A program made the position numbers and the translations under genes. DNA of 64,000 bases, taken from positions 62,001-126,000 of the forward strand of contig CBFFRP010000143.1 in NCBI GenBank assembly GCA_965644295.1. Direction: 5' to 3'. Of this stretch, positions 50,470 through 64,000 are shown one piece after another. How positions within the stretch are numbered: the stretch's first letter is position 1; each line of letters starts with the position of its first letter. Source of the stretch: Paraphysomonas bandaiensis (Eukaryota; Protista; Chrysophyceae). The notes beneath the pieces were generated by a model. That model saw nothing but the letters and a program-made list of their open reading frames with translations. It made no database searches and was not told the DNA's origin.

Positions 50470-53400
50470 TCATTTTAAAAAATCATTTTTCTTGTCATTT
50501 TTTGTCGACCACAGTGGAGCTTGCTCACGAAACGTATAGTCAAAAGTGAGCTCGTCACCAGGACTTAAATTCCGCAGGGCATATATTCCTATTCGATGAT
50601 CGCACTTCACCTACGAACGGTTAGTCGAAAGACTTTTTACTGTAAGACTTACCAATTTGATTTGACATGCACAATTAGGAGTTTTACTGTGATTCGCATA
50701 CTTTGCTTTCGACCCTTTGCGGGTGGCATCAACGACATATTCGTCATTCAAATTGAATAGAAATGTGGAGTCAATTTTGTCGAAAAGCTTCCCTCGTCTG
50801 TCAGCCTCGTCTTGTGATATCAACTCGCCTTTGTACTCCATTATGAAGTCGCCCTTTTGGGCAGGCTCCCTGATAAAAACTCCCCATCCATGAATTGATG
50901 ATCTTCCAATCGATACTTGCTTGCCACGACCCAGAAGTAATTGGGAGTTACAACAGTATTTCGGCTCGTCTGCGGGTGTTGTTCCAAGGGTGGAAGAGCG
51001 TGATCCCACCGTCTCTCTGAGGGCCGGATGAACAGCAGCTCCACATGATAAACACAAATTTGGGTCACATTCTCTTCCAGATTTTACACATCGACAACTC
51101 ATTGTGCGGCACTGTCCCTGGCGGCAATTGCAGCCTTCGAACCTGATCCGACAGGATGCAGAACATGAACAGTAAGGCTCGCAGTACCCGGTAGTAGTAG
51201 CACACGGACACACACCAGCAACACACGGACCATCATGGTTGCAAGGCCGGTACAGATACTTCATACCCTCTTTTCGCACCGCTGTGAGAGACCGTCCCTT
51301 GGCTTTCGCGTCCATCCTGCTGATATATGCAGCCACCTCCTCCTCCGCACTGTTCATATCATCTTCGAAATCGTCCATAGGGCTTGTGCTCTCCCTATCA
51401 TCATTTTCCCTCCCATCCATAGATTTCCAATTGGAAGAAGATTCTTCACAGAGACGGTACGCCTCCTCCGGAGAGCATGTACCGAGAAGCCTCGCTACTG
51501 TGCTGACAGTAGATGGATTGGCATCAACGAGGGGTGCCGAGCTATCGCCCTTCCAGGATAACATCTGGAACAGTTTCAGAGCTACGGCGCCTTCAGTAGA
51601 GCGTTGCTTCACAGGCGTTTGAGAGTAAAGCTCAAAGGGTAGGGTTTCAAGAATATGGGGAGGTCTGTATCCATCATCCTCTACTACACGCTGCCGTTGA
51701 TGTACGGTAGGTACTTTTCTTTTCTTTGATTTGCCTTTCAAATCGGAAAGACCACCTTTTCTTTTTTTGGAATAATTACTATGGAATGGTGCCGATCGTG
51801 TTGTGTCATTTCCTGGGGTATTCTTTAGATCAGAGAAGGCTTGCGGATCACATCGTTCCCGAGGAAGAGGTTGTCTAATAGCATGTGTTCTACAATCGTA
51901 TATGTAGCACCTACGACAGAACAAATCTCTAAAGTTCTATAAGAATATTAGCTTGTGTTAGGGAGCCTATATGTTGGGATAACTGCACTTTACCTCTGCT
52001 ATAGTTGGAAAGTGAGCGCTATCTCTGAATCCAGTTGCCGGTAAGAACCTATCTTCTGCTCCCGGTGCAGTACACGGCAAGCTCTTTCGTGCGAGAAGAG
52101 GGACCAGAGCAGAAGATCCCAGTCGCCATTCCAGCCTCTCATTGAGATTTGGGTCCAATGATCGACTATTATTCCGCCTAAAAGCTTCTCCTCTCTCTCG
52201 CGCCTTGCGCAACTGACTCACAGAGAGACTCAACGCCGACATTAAGCACGTTTCAGTCTCCGTCGGGAGTGCGACGATATCACCTTCTTCCTCTACACTG
52301 ATGCCGTTATCCATATTTTCTTCCCTACCATCATCAATTCCGTCCAACAGGTATGCTGTGGCAGTCTCTAGGATTTCGCCACCGATGTCCGCCTCCAGTT
52401 CACCTGGAACGTAATCATATGCCGAAGTGTCGAAACCAGTGGTATCATCGTCACCAAAGTATGGGATGTACCGCAGCACGGGTTCATCCTCAGCCAAGTA
52501 ATTCTCGCCCACCCTCACCCATGTCAGGGAACGGGGAAGGGGCACAACCACTGGTATGACAGCACATGGTAGCCGGACATTCCTCTGCCAGACTTTTTCA
52601 GAGACATCGGCACCAGTGGCAGAAGCACAGGAAGATGAGTTTGGTGACGACCCAGGACTGTAACGACGAAGTTGGTGAAAATAGAGTTTAGACATCCAAT
52701 CTATTCCCTCGGCTGAGCATCCCGCGAGGAGTGCACGTGAAATGCCCAATCTCTCTGAAACAGGCCATGAGACGCGGGCACAAGACAACGTGCACACAAT
52801 TACCGATCGCTAGGGGTGGAGAACCTCGCAAACAACGTGTCGCTCTCTTCCTGGCGACAACCACCTTCTTTCCACGCACACGACCGCGCCTCTGACCTTG
52901 CACTGCCGGCAAGTCCCTGAACCTGGTGACTGCCGTTTTACTTCCTTCCAGCATCCGAACAGTTTCCTTCCCGCAGGCCTCAGATGCAGAACTATTCCTC
53001 TCTATATCGATAGCGACAGAAGTGACCATACGGGTAAATTTCGATTGATGCTTACCCTCCTCCCCGTCCTCCAATGCGCACGAAATTGACCCTGGACGGC
53101 GATGAACGACTCCAACTCGCATCTACGCAACAAGCGATTGAGAGAGGATCTCAAGAAAACTGCTCACGTAGCATATCGAAACAGAAGCATACCTGTTGCA
53201 AAAGCACCGCATGACTACCACCATCCATACCATTCTTCGCTTGAGACATAGCAGCACCTGTTGAATGCTGCGCGATATCCTCTCCCTGATTTGGTGTAGC
53301 AAGGGCCATGACAAAGGAGACCTCAGGGCTCTGAATTCCACTCGGATGACAACTAGATGATTGGTCAATTTCGTGGCGCTTGTATTTCAAATGTTGCCAA

Positions 53401-53778
53401 CACTGCTGTGCTGCCCAATAAGTTACTGCGCGCTCCTTATTCTGTCGGATAATATCAATGGAGCGCCGATGCTGAATATACTGGTATTAGAACATAGAAT
53501 ACAAAATTTTATGTTCTACATGCTGTGATCTGAGCTCCCTTTCAATCAAAATGGCATCTTTACGTAGATTAATCATACTTCTACCAGGTATTGCCGAGCA
53601 TCTGTCCGTGTCACGATCAAGCTCGGCATGTGGCACAGTTAGTCTGTAGCGTGTTATCCAAACACGTACATCACTGACACCTGACATACCTTGTTTTAAC
53701 CAATCCGAACTGATGAAGATAATCTGGACATATCTCAACCACTTCAGAGAGGACGAAGCTGTGTTTGCTATCGGTCAT
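50470..53778 (-). CDS. E(z): Enhancer of zeste-like H3K27 methyltransferase (PRC2 catalytic subunit); 5' exons less certain
   Basis: DEPVLRYIPYFGDD, FCRRCYIYDC and a CXC domain (YRPCNHDGPC...GRECDPNLC). SET domain HGWGVF...EYKGELISQDEADRRGK...FLFNLN...DATRKG...ANHS...HRIGIYA...ELTFDY. Confidence 0.92.
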
Positions 53779-54024
53779 ATTTCTTCGATTAACTGAGGCT
53801 GCAGGACTCCTCTCGTCAGGCCCACGACTGCAGCAGACTGAGAGATCAGATCGCGACGACGACGAGGACGGCGAGGGATCCGCTTTCTGAAGAAGAGCAA
53901 TAGTGCCAATGTTGAAACTCGTATGAGGAAATGTACACAGGTGTGCGTATGGTCTATGGATGATTATCTTCTGTACTTATTTAAATAGTAAATTTCCAAA
54001 CCAGAGGCGAGTGCGTGTTGAGGG

Positions 54025-54260
54025 CTGTGCTGTACCTACAGCATACAGCAGTATGCACATTGGCGTATCGGATATCGATATGTGATAGGGATGAGTACAA
54101 GTACTGCTGTCTAGGTGTACTGGAGCAGAGTACATGGTCGTACATGTAGGAATTCCTACTGCTGTACAGTACTCTGGAGTACAGTATCTAGGAAGATATG
54201 GACAGCACTGTATGTATACAGAACTGTATTGCACTGTATAAGCGGCCCACCAATACACGA
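54025..54260. promoter_or_regulatory. GTAC/CAGTA/TACTG-rich putative bidirectional promoter (E(z)/SWEET)
   Basis: CTACTGCTGTACAGTACTCTGGAGTACAGTATC and CACTGTATGTATACAGAACTGTATTGCACTGTATA between divergent starts. Confidence 0.5.
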
Positions 54261-54638
54261 CTGCATTGCTGGTCCAGGCAGGCAGTGCTTGCAGTTCATC
54301 ACATGCCATCTGCAGCTGACACGCACATCGTCCAGCAGAAACCACACCAAGATTCCTAGTAAGCACATCAAAAGAAGTGTGAGCGCTTGTGGACGAGAGG
54401 GGCGTGGAATTCTTCCTTTATTTGCTTGAAACAACTCCAGTAGAGCCTTAGATCCAGTTAATCCAGTTCAAGGCAAGTGAACACCTTTTTGACAGTTATT
54501 GCACGCCTTTATACTCATATAGTCAAATTTACGGTTGAGTTTACAAGTATATGCAGGAATTTTTCCCGTTATGTTGACTTACTATAGTGTGTCGTCTTCA
54601 TTAGTGGATTGAAAACGAAACCTAGCATTTCGGCTACT

Positions 54639-55327
54639 ATGTTAGAGTTATCGTTGGAAACTTTTCTTCAAGTTGTATCACCAACTATGTCAATTACGCT
54701 GTATAGTACCATTCTATACAATGGAGTTTTGATACAGCGGAAGCGGTCTGTCTCTGGCTTCAGTGTTTGGCCGTTTGCATCAGCGTTGCTTAATGGCTTC
54801 GTATGGTTGACTTACGGCTACCTACGAGATGATATCTCTGTTGCACTTCCTGGAGTTTTTGGGTTTTGTGTTGGTTTAGTGTGCAGCTTTATATATATTA
54901 GGCACTCAAAGCTGTCTCATTTCAGGGTGTGGGCGTTTGTAATTTTGACTATCTGCGCTGCAACAGTGTGTGCCGTCTACGGATTCCGCTCAGCAGTTGG
55001 GTATATGGGCTCGTCCTTAATTGTTATTTTACTGGCTTCCCCCTTGGCAGCCATTTCAGCTGCTATCAAAGATAAGTCGGCAGCGACTCTACCGCTTGCC
55101 ATGAGGTCAGTAATCTTCTATGTATTCGCTAACAATATCATGTGGATCGTGTATGCAGCTGCGTTGGTTGGATAAATGCTGCATCGTGGTTCTCGTATGG
55201 AATTTTTGTTGCGTCAGACCCGAAGATATACATACCACATGTTTTGGGATTATCCCTAACGACAATACAGCTGGGTTTGCACACCTACCTTGAGTGTTGT
55301 CGAAAACGTGTACCTTATATTCATTGA
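54639..55327 (+). CDS. SWEET (MtN3/saliva) sugar transporter
   Basis: SVSGFSVWPF...NGFVWLTYG, LLASPLAAI...IKDKSAATLP, WFSYG...DPKIYIPHVLG. About 7 hydrophobic segments. Intron 55106-55158. Confidence 0.88.
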
Positions 55328-55734
55328 TATGTATTTGTTGTACAGTAATATTAATTGCTTGTTTCTGTGCACGTATGAACGATTTTCTGTCTAAGTAGCG
55401 TTACTACTTAAGACCAGGCAAGTTTGCGATGCAATCATATTTGCTGAATTTGAAATGATTATTTACAGTGAATAAATTTAGGAAATATAATAGTAATTAG
55501 TGGTTAAATATTCTACATGCTGAGATCATCTGACCAGAACAGTGTAAAGTGATACGTTGTTTCAATTCTGCAATCACGACATATACCAATACCACTTCAT
55601 AGACATACTAATTATGTAGATATACGAATATATTATCGTCAATTCACAGTTGTGTCAGAGAGATATGTATGGAGCTGTTAGTGAAAGTATTGAAAGTACC
55701 CTAGAAACCTTACTCTCAGTGCAATAGCATGATA

Positions 55735-56262
55735 GGAGTGAGTGTCTTATTATTAGCAATAATATAGGCGTTTAAGAGTCAGAACTAATGTAACAAAACA
55801 ATTTAACTAACTAATGTCTAGTGCTTAACTCTGATATCCTACTATTTAACGCTACGAAAGTCGCAAGCTGCTTGTGCAATCACCTCCGCTCTCTTGCTCA
55901 AAGAAAACGCAGCAAGAAAGCAGAATGTTGATATACCTGACATCTGCTAACTTCAAGATTTGTGATTCCTTAAGAAGGTGAACATCCGGGATGCTTGACT
56001 TCAGCAGGCAACCCTATACCACAGACGCCATTGAGGTGGGCCCATTCCCGGAGGCCTGTTTATTAGTCAGGGTCCAAAAATGTCTACACAAGTGACAATT
56101 ACTAATGTCCATTGTACCACACATGCATTTGGCCATGAGTGGGAAGAACGTTATCTGCTGTCTATGTTTGCGGCTCACGTTTGTTTCCCGAAGAAATATC
56201 TCTGGTGCATATCCCCCAGAACACCTCGAAAAGGTGCGAGTTCGACTTTTTGTTGAGGAAAT
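55735..56262 (-). mobile_element. SINE-like element copy E, full length (~528 bp)
   Basis: TSD-like AATAGCATGATA (55723-55734) / AATAGCATAATA (56263-56274). Same head as copy D. Tail AATAATAAGACACTCACTCC. Confidence 0.88.
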
Positions 56263-56336
56263 AATAGCATAATATATTGATAAAGGAATTGATGCGGTTT
56301 CTGTCAAGCATAGTGGGTTAGGTTGTTGATAGGGAT

Positions 56337-57148
56337 CAGGGCTGCGTAACAATTAATTGTCAATTAATTGACGCAGGGGTTGTAGTCAATTATATTATTA
56401 CTTGCTGTCCCAATTAATTGAATCGCAAATAAATGCTATTTAATTGAACTAAACTACGAAGTTAAGTAGCTATACATTAGCTGCCAACATATAGCTTGTT
56501 CAACAGCTATTTCATCTCAGACGCGACAACATATTATTTCGATTCTTTACCGTCCGGACCAGTGAGGCTTTGTTGCACCTTGAATCTTCACTGCTGTCTT
56601 TTAGAAGCAGCGTAATAGAGTTTCATCTTCTTCCTGTACTTCTACTGACACACATAAAAAGATTTTCAAGTCATTTCGTAATTGCACCAGATTGACATAC
56701 TTCATTTCACTTGGAATTAGACTTAACACGGCAGAACCAAACCCGTATGAAAGCAAGTGGCCAGATAGAAACAAATATCGGTCAATCATTACAATGTGGA
56801 GCCCTCCTGCAGGTATCTTGTTTCCGTGCTTTACAGTTCGCAATTGCCGGCACAAAGAATCAAAGAACACTTCTTCAGTGCCTTCTGGCACATCAATCGC
56901 TCATATTCTTTGTCAATTAAAAGAATTTTTCTAAAGTTAAATCCAATTGAATTTCACAACAAAAAAGCCGTTTTATAACAACATATGCATGCAATAACTG
57001 CCGTCATCATCATTATTAGAGGTGTGAAATTGGCGGCATTTTTTTTTCAATTAATAGAAGCAAGCTGTCGTCAATTATAATTGCAATTACGATTTGCTGT
57101 CCCCTGTCCCAATTTCAAAAATTGACTATTAATTGATACACAGCCCTG
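56337..57148. mobile_element. Non-autonomous hAT-type element (812 bp)
   Basis: TIRs CAGGGCTGCGTAACAATTAATTGTCAATT / AATTGACTATTAATTGATACACAGCCCTG. 8-bp TSD ATAGGGAT / ATAGAGAT (one mismatch). Subterminal CAATTAATTG repeats. Confidence 0.88.
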
Positions 57149-57493
57149 ATAGAGATGAATGCTAGGAAGCAAAAAGTGATACATTATCTAAAATGGCTTA
57201 TGAAGATACTTTGAAAGGCGGTGTATATGTGGCTCAAAATTAACTGCAGCGAATACAGCTCGATAGAGGTAAATTTGGTCTCTCATTCGATACAAACGTA
57301 TTCATACAGATGTGTATAAAAGGGGTGGTTATATGCATATTACGTTCATAAGGCAGGAAACTAATGGTTACTTAAATTTAAGGATGGAAATTTTCACATA
57401 TACTCCGTAATACACCAAACTGACCACTGCTTAAACTATTCAATTAAGCAACGAACAGATGTTCAAATGAGATTGTGATGAGGAGCACCAACT

Positions 57494-58870
57494 TCATAAT
57501 CGCACAGTTTCTTCGTCATCCACAGGAGATTTGCTGGGTACAGGTTGACCTTTTTCCCCAGTCTGTAGTTGTCGTCTCCTCTTCTCCATGAAAAACGACC
57601 GCAGAGAGACCTTCAAGTAAAAAGTTACCACGCCACAAACATAGAATCAACAAAGTATGAAGTAAATTGACCTGAAACGTGAAACCCAAGCATACGGTGG
57701 CCAGAAAACTCATTGCAATTGCAGCCCTGATCTTACGCACGATCCCATCCTCAACGCAAACAGGACTCTGACAACAACGATTAGGGCGCAGGGTTTCGAT
57801 ACAGACAAACAACTCACTGTGTTTTCGAAGGTGGCTACAAAAGTGTTGAGGGAATACACTGTCTCTATCTCTGCATCGCTGGCCCCTATAGGCTCTCCTC
57901 TTTCCACAGCAATGGCAGCTACCGATAAGGTAAGTCATGGAAACGTGACATAAACTGAGGTGAGAGAGCTGGTACCTAATGTAGAGGCCATGGCGCACAT
58001 CACGAATAGACCCCCGTCTATAACAGGTTCTACGGATTTGGAATAAGCTTTCGCCGCATCAGCGAATCTGCACAAATATAGTCAGCACAGGATAAGTAAA
58101 CGCGAAGGACACCAACCGAATGTTTAGTCGGATAGCGTCAGTGGTGCTCACACAAAGCTCAAGCGCGTAACGCAGACCTGAACACACCACAATCACGCAT
58201 AATTATAACATTACGCAGCAATATATTTACCGGGAATATACTTGCGTGAGCTACCATCGGCAGGTAACACGTAATATCCGGCGAAGACGAGACAGTGAAC
58301 GAAGGCAACCACCGACAAACCAATCACATATTGAAACGAGACAAAACTAAATGAGCCATGGGAGTACTCCGGCTCGTCCCGATAAGGACAATTGTTTAAA
58401 AGCAACATGTCGACATCAACTGTTTTGTACTTGATGTGAGGGACACAAGACATAATGACGAAGGCTAAAAAAGAAAAGAGACCAGTGGCTAGTCTCGACC
58501 AAAAAACATTCACCGACAACGCACTCCAACCAACAATCTGCTCTCCAGTACCACTATATATATACTGTGGAATATCGCCCAATAAGCTTATGGAGTCCCC
58601 ATCATCAAAATCATTGGTAGGTGAAGTGCCCCCCCGCAGTTTAGCTGCACTCACCTCAGCAACATACTTTCTGAATAGCCGGACTGCATACTCAGCCTCA
58701 GGACTGTTCTCCTTGTATGAATCGTTGCGCATTGAGAGTAAAGAGTTTTGAATTTCAGTTGTAGCTCCACCGACTTCTTTTATCTGATCCTCTATCTCCG
58801 TGCACAGTGACCCCAACTTATCATATATCGTTGGACAAGAGACATCCTCAATATTCGAGAATTCATCCAT
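57494..58870 (-). CDS. CASP-like/MARVEL-type 4-TM membrane protein, multi-exon
   Basis: RLATGLFSFLAFVIMS, FVSFQYVIGLSVVAFVH and C...IVRKIRAAIAMSFLA follow the CASP-like helix pattern. GT-AG introns. Stop at 57494-57496. Confidence 0.6.
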
Positions 58871-59323
58871 GATTTACGGAAAAGAATAAGACAGCCCCTC
58901 TTATGGCGGTAATTACAAGACAAAAGGTGAAGTGTATCCTGTTGTGTTGAGTGAAGGGTGTCGTGGGTTGCTATGCAATTTCCACTGCCTGTGCTGCTAC
59001 ATCTCCATAATCCACAACACTCCACACGGCAGCTGTAACCCGACAAAAAAACAGCCAAAATCACCCCTCTGGCGATGATACGGGAGTCATACGGGAATGA
59101 AATACAGTACGAGGGATTACCTAGCCTAAAAACTCCAGATATTTGCAACAAAAATTCGAAAATCTATCTGAATTGATGTATTCGTTGTGCGAACTCGCTC
59201 CCAAGTCCCAAGTTTAAAATAATCTCACTGCTCTTCTGGATAAGTGAAGTTACTGTTACTCAGCAGGTTCTGATCCACCTCAGGAATAGACGCCTCGGGA
59301 TTTACTGCGCAGGTTTCGAGGAT

Positions 59324-62300
59324 ATGGACAGAAAGGAAATCCGCGTCAAGTCCAGCGGAAAAGTATATGACAAGAATTTGAAGCCGGGGCCTGGCGGCTA
59401 CCTCTGTACTTTAAGGTGCGTAGTTCGCAATTCTATTTGTGATATCCTCATTTTTTTCTCAGGAATCCTATACTCAGGGGACGCGTATGGAGCTTTACCT
59501 TGCTCTGTTTTCACCTTCAAACTGGGTGTATTCTTGTATCTGACGAAAGAGGTCAGATATACCATATTGATGTATCCAAGAATATATATCAGTGCGTGCG
59601 TTCGGCATCCTATCGAGTCACAGCGATGGAATTTATCCACACGAGACCATCGCATGCCATAATTGCGTACGAACACGGTGTCGTGGCGGTTCTTGACACG
59701 ATGACCCGGGAGTTGGTTGCCACACTCTGTCCCAAAGGATCAGAACCGGTAGTGCTGGTGCGATGCAGTCCGTCCCATCCTATGGCAGCGATTCTCTCAG
59801 AGAGTGGAAATGTAGCGATATGGGATATCAGGTGACTTCAGTGCTTTGTGATGTATGTCGATTGCGTGAACTTTCTACCATAATTATCAGTGAGCTACGG
59901 AGGGTGCGCAGCCTGGAAGTGAGTGAACCGGTGGTGGCCGTTGAGTTTTTGCGTGCCGGAAGCATGCTTGCTGTGACTTTTTCTCGTATGGGTACAGTCG
60001 TCTACTCACTAGTTGGTACCGGTGGTAGTCAGAAAAGGCAGCAGCATGAGCAACCCCCTATCCCTGTGATGCGATGCTCTCCCCCTGCTAGGTATGCTTC
60101 AACATTACTATTTCGATATGATGCGCACATATTACTGTTGTTTTTTTAAATTGTGTACCTCACCACTTATGTAGTGAAAGGTCACCGAGTTGTTGGACCG
60201 CATTCTGTTCGTCGTCATCATCTAGTTCAGACCAATGTAGGGGTTCGAATCGCCAGGATACCTGCGACAACAACCGGATTTTAGACGAATTCGCAGTTCT
60301 CACCTCTGACTCAGGGTTGCTCTACGTATTTTCCCTGCGTCCCGACTATAGTACTGACAGTTCTTGTGATAATGGTCTTCCACTCTGTCCACTGCTTTGT
60401 GTTGTGGAGCTCCCCCCAGACGTACGCATGGCTGTCGCTATTGCAGCCTTGTATCCCTCTTCATCTCCCCCAGAGAGTTCAATTCTACAGTTGGCAGTAC
60501 TTGACGACGGTGGCCGCCTATACGTATGCGAAGGGGGAGCTAGGGGAGGTACATGGCGGTGGAGAGTACTACTCGAAGGTCTTTCAGCAGTATTACCTGA
60601 TGCCTCTGATGGTGCAGCCCCAGAGCTTTTCCCGGCGCTCTTTCCATCTTCCATCAGGCTCGTGTCACCACCAGAGAAACAACCCTCAGTAGCCACAGTC
60701 GGAGTTCGTTCTATGCCGTTGCGTGTTCCACTTCGTCACCGTACACCAAAGTCTGTGCAACGGAGCGGTGGAGAGGAAAGTGTGAGCAATTACGCTCTCA
60801 AGAGCTGTACTGTAGTGGGAGAGAAATCCTTGTATGCTGTGGTTGGGTTGGATGGTGCTGTTCGTCTTTACGACTGGGGCGCATTCCTCAGTGGTTCATC
60901 CAATCCGAAAGCCGGATCGGGCGGAAGCTGGCTACGTTGTCGACCCCCCTATGGAAGCCGAGTAAAGGTGGAAGGGTTAAGTGATGACAGTTGCTGGAGC
61001 ACTGGTGCATCGTCGACATCATTGCGATACGAGGGGGGAACAGATCGGGATAAGAGTACCTCGTCAGACAGTAACGCGCACAGTCAGTTTAACAGTATGA
61101 GTCAGAGCTTAGGACGCGGAAGTGTTGAAAAGTCGTCAGCAGGAGCCACTCTAGATTCCAGCGGAGTTGATGATGCGCAGTCTGACCGGAGTTTTGATAG
61201 TCGAAATAGACGGGATTTGAGATTGCAACTTGAATCTCGCCCCCGACCGTCCCTCTTTCAGCTTGTTAACGAGTCGCCTGCTCATAGGAAAGTAAACGAG
61301 CAAAAACTAAAAACGTTTTTGAGAAAGCACGGACAATTCCCATCCAAGCATAGAACACTCATATGGCGGTATCTTCTTCGACTTCCTGAGAACGAAGATG
61401 CATTTGCCAGTCTCTGCGACAGAGGAGTGCATCCACGCTACACTAACTTATATGATCAGACACCTATTCGTGAAAGACGAGTTTTTCTGCGCTTTCAAGG
61501 TTTGTGCAGCAGACTCGCTCACTGGAGCCCCGTTTTCGCTGAGGTGGATTACATTCCGCAACTAGTGTTTCCATTTGTTGTATTGTTCGCCTCAGATGAG
61601 CTATCGTGTTTTGAGACAGTACTCACGGTGCTCATGTGGTGGGGGCACTCCTGGCAAGCCACTTTTCCTAGTCCGCCCATTCATATAACGGATTTTTTTG
61701 ACGCTATGCTGGACCGACATGATCCACGACTACGAGCGCATTTATATTCCTTGGAGACTCCCCCTGGATTTCTCGGGTGGATGCTACTCAGCACACTGTT
61801 CTCTGAGATTCTACCAAGTGAAGGGTGGTTACGGGTGATGGACATCATCATCGTAAATGCTTGTGACATGAAATTCTTATATTTGGTTCCAATTGCTATT
61901 CTCATAGAGTTGCGGGTGGCTTTGCTATCAGCGACAGAGAAGAGACACATAATAAAGTATATTCGGCAGCCACAAGCAATAGACACGGTTCACTTGCTAC
62001 GACGGGTGTCTCGTCTAAAGAAGACTACTCCCCCGCATTTACTCAGCACAATTTTTTCTGGAGATAAAGAAGACTCATTCTCCGTTGGTGAGTCCACGGG
62101 TGCGTGTGCTGTGGAAGTATCTAAAGCGCCAGTATTTGAAAATAACCCTGATGGCGAAGAAGCTGAAATAGGTCAGCTCAGGGAGTCGATGGCTGCGCAG
62201 GAAGGGCGGCCGATATTCCCCATCCCTAAGGGGATGTACCCTGCCTATGATGGCTTCCCTCCCCATCTCGTGGACTGGCAGAGCAAAGAGAGGGCTATGG

Positions 62301-63613
62301 CATTGGCTATGAGAAAGGAGATTAAGGCTAAGGAGAGTGCACTGGCTGCTCTAGAGGACCAGATACATCAGGTACATATATGCTTTGATATATTTCGTTG
62401 CAGCTGACCGGTAGCCATTTATTTAGCTTGAGGCTAATCACGCAGAGTGGGTGAGTAAGAATAGTAGTTCAGCGTCCAGAGAAAACCTGAGGCTTCGTGT
62501 GTCTATGATGGAGCGAGAGAAACAACATCTGCGAGACTTGGCCATCATTGAGGAACGTATTGCTCAACAGCGCATCGAAAATCTGCAAAAAATGGAGGAA
62601 GTTGCGAGGGAAGAACGGGAGGTACTAGCACGAATCGACGAAGAGACCCGTAAAATATTGTCTGAGAGTGACGACCACCTTAGGGAAAAACAGGAGGCCG
62701 CTGCAATGTTTCAACGACATAGAGAAGTTGGGAATGCGGCGGAGGTTGCAATGCAGAAGAGCATTCAGAAGCTTCACACTGAACGGATGCATCGAGGCAG
62801 TGAAGATACCGCGCTACAGACGCTGCATAAACATCAAGATGCAGTGGACGAAATATGTATGGGCAAGATCTCTGACGTGGTAGAGGCTGCAGCGCAGGCA
62901 GCAAGATGTCAACCCCATCGTTCTAATGTGGGTATAACACAACCTACCACTGCAACCTCATCGAAGCTAATTTCTTCTAAATCCACTATGTCAATTGGAA
63001 AGTATCCCACTACCGGTGGAGCAAGTTCTGGAGGTGAGAGCAGTGATAGCAGTGTGCTAATGCAGGCAATGGCGTATCTGCAGAAACACGACGCAGAAAA
63101 GCAGAATTTATCTGGAAGCAGTGATCAAAATAACACCACAAACGTTTTGTCGACGGATTCAGTGGTTGCTGCTGACATTTCGGGTGTGAATAGGGTGACG
63201 ACTCTGCTAGATCAGTCTGACAAATTCGTCAGTGACCAATTGAAAGTCCTACTGTCTTCCTCTTCTTCTTCCTCCGCTCATGATGATATTGATGATAAAC
63301 ACAATAAAGCTGCATCTTTTCTTGAACAAAGAAATGATATTGTATTACCCAGTGCGCACGTGGCACGCACTGACACGGAGGATCTTGAGCGAATTGTCGA
63401 GGCCACGTACAGGTGCGAACACTTTCAGTAGCCCGTGTTTTGTGAGTCGTATTACTCTGTAGGGTTGTGCGAAGTGCTGAACAAGAATTCAGATCGAGTT
63501 ATAACAATGATACTAGGGCGGATATCGAGTGGAATACCTCAACAGAAAGTGCCAGAAGTAGTAGCCACTCCTCAGGGTCGTGGTCCGTGTCAAGTTGTGA
63601 CACAATTGGATAA
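59324..63613 (+). CDS. TBC1D31: TBC1 domain family member 31 (WDR67): WD40, TBC, coiled coil; multi-exon
   Basis: N-terminus SSGKVYDK and WD40 exons. TBC region KLKTFLRKHGQFPSKHRTLIWRYLLRLPEN...LAHWSPVFAEVDYIPQLVFPF. The last exon (to 63613) is inferred from intron 63413-63462. Confidence 0.88.
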
Positions 63614-64000
63614 TTTGCTAAGTTAACTGAACGTGCGTTCAATAATTATTCTTGTTAAAATTATAATCAATATCTCTTCCCATTCATCAATTTCATGTCA
63701 TCTCTAAGACCAATCATTAAACCGGTATACCCCTTTAGGGTATACCAACACAAACTTCCTACTTTTAAACGGCTAACTACTGTGCTTTCAGTTTTTACCT
63801 ACTTTTGAGTCTACAACTACTTTTCAGTCTACTACCCCACACTCGCACACTCACACTCCAGGCACACCCGTGTCAAATTTGCCAAAAAGAATCCGCAATT
63901 TGATTTCCACTGACTACCCGAGTTCCATTTTTTAGTCATTCTGAAAAAATAATCTGCTTTCCGGACTATTACAAATCGCTTCGGGGAGAAAAACAGAAGT

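Noticed and set aside
56601-56978. Transposase ORF inside the hAT MITE
   Set aside because: Short ORFs without convincing BED-finger or catalytic motifs.
1-64000. CRISPR arrays, rRNA, tRNA genes, prokaryotic operons
   Set aside because: None seen. The window is intron-containing eukaryotic DNA without regular repeat-spacer arrays.

Overview
Eukaryotic genomic DNA with compact genes and short (~44-60 nt) GT-AG introns. Gene content and style suggest a flagellated stramenopile or similar protist (inference). Genes: 3' end of a KIF15/HMMR-type coiled-coil protein, tepsin, an ankyrin-repeat protein, a ~18 kb (~5,900 aa) DNAH6-like dynein heavy chain with a degenerate AAA1 motor site, a helical-repeat protein, a WW/EF-hand/PDZ multidomain protein, a likely ATP synthase i/j (6 kDa) subunit, an RMD1/DUF155-like protein, an Enhancer-of-zeste SET methyltransferase, a SWEET transporter, a CASP/MARVEL-like protein and TBC1D31. 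Ten of these genes form five head-to-head pairs, and most shared promoters carry dense GTATAC/CAGTA/TACTG motifs. Intergenic pockets hold transposon debris. The most notable system is a LINE/SINE pair. A 5'-truncated RT-RNase H non-LTR element (45089-48014) sits inside a copy of a ~520-bp SINE-like element and is flanked by a near-perfect 1.64-kb direct repeat. The SINE-like family (5 copies) shares a structured 3' tail with the LINE and has a structured head that I cannot assign to tRNA, 5S or 7SL. All alignments and folds were done by eye.
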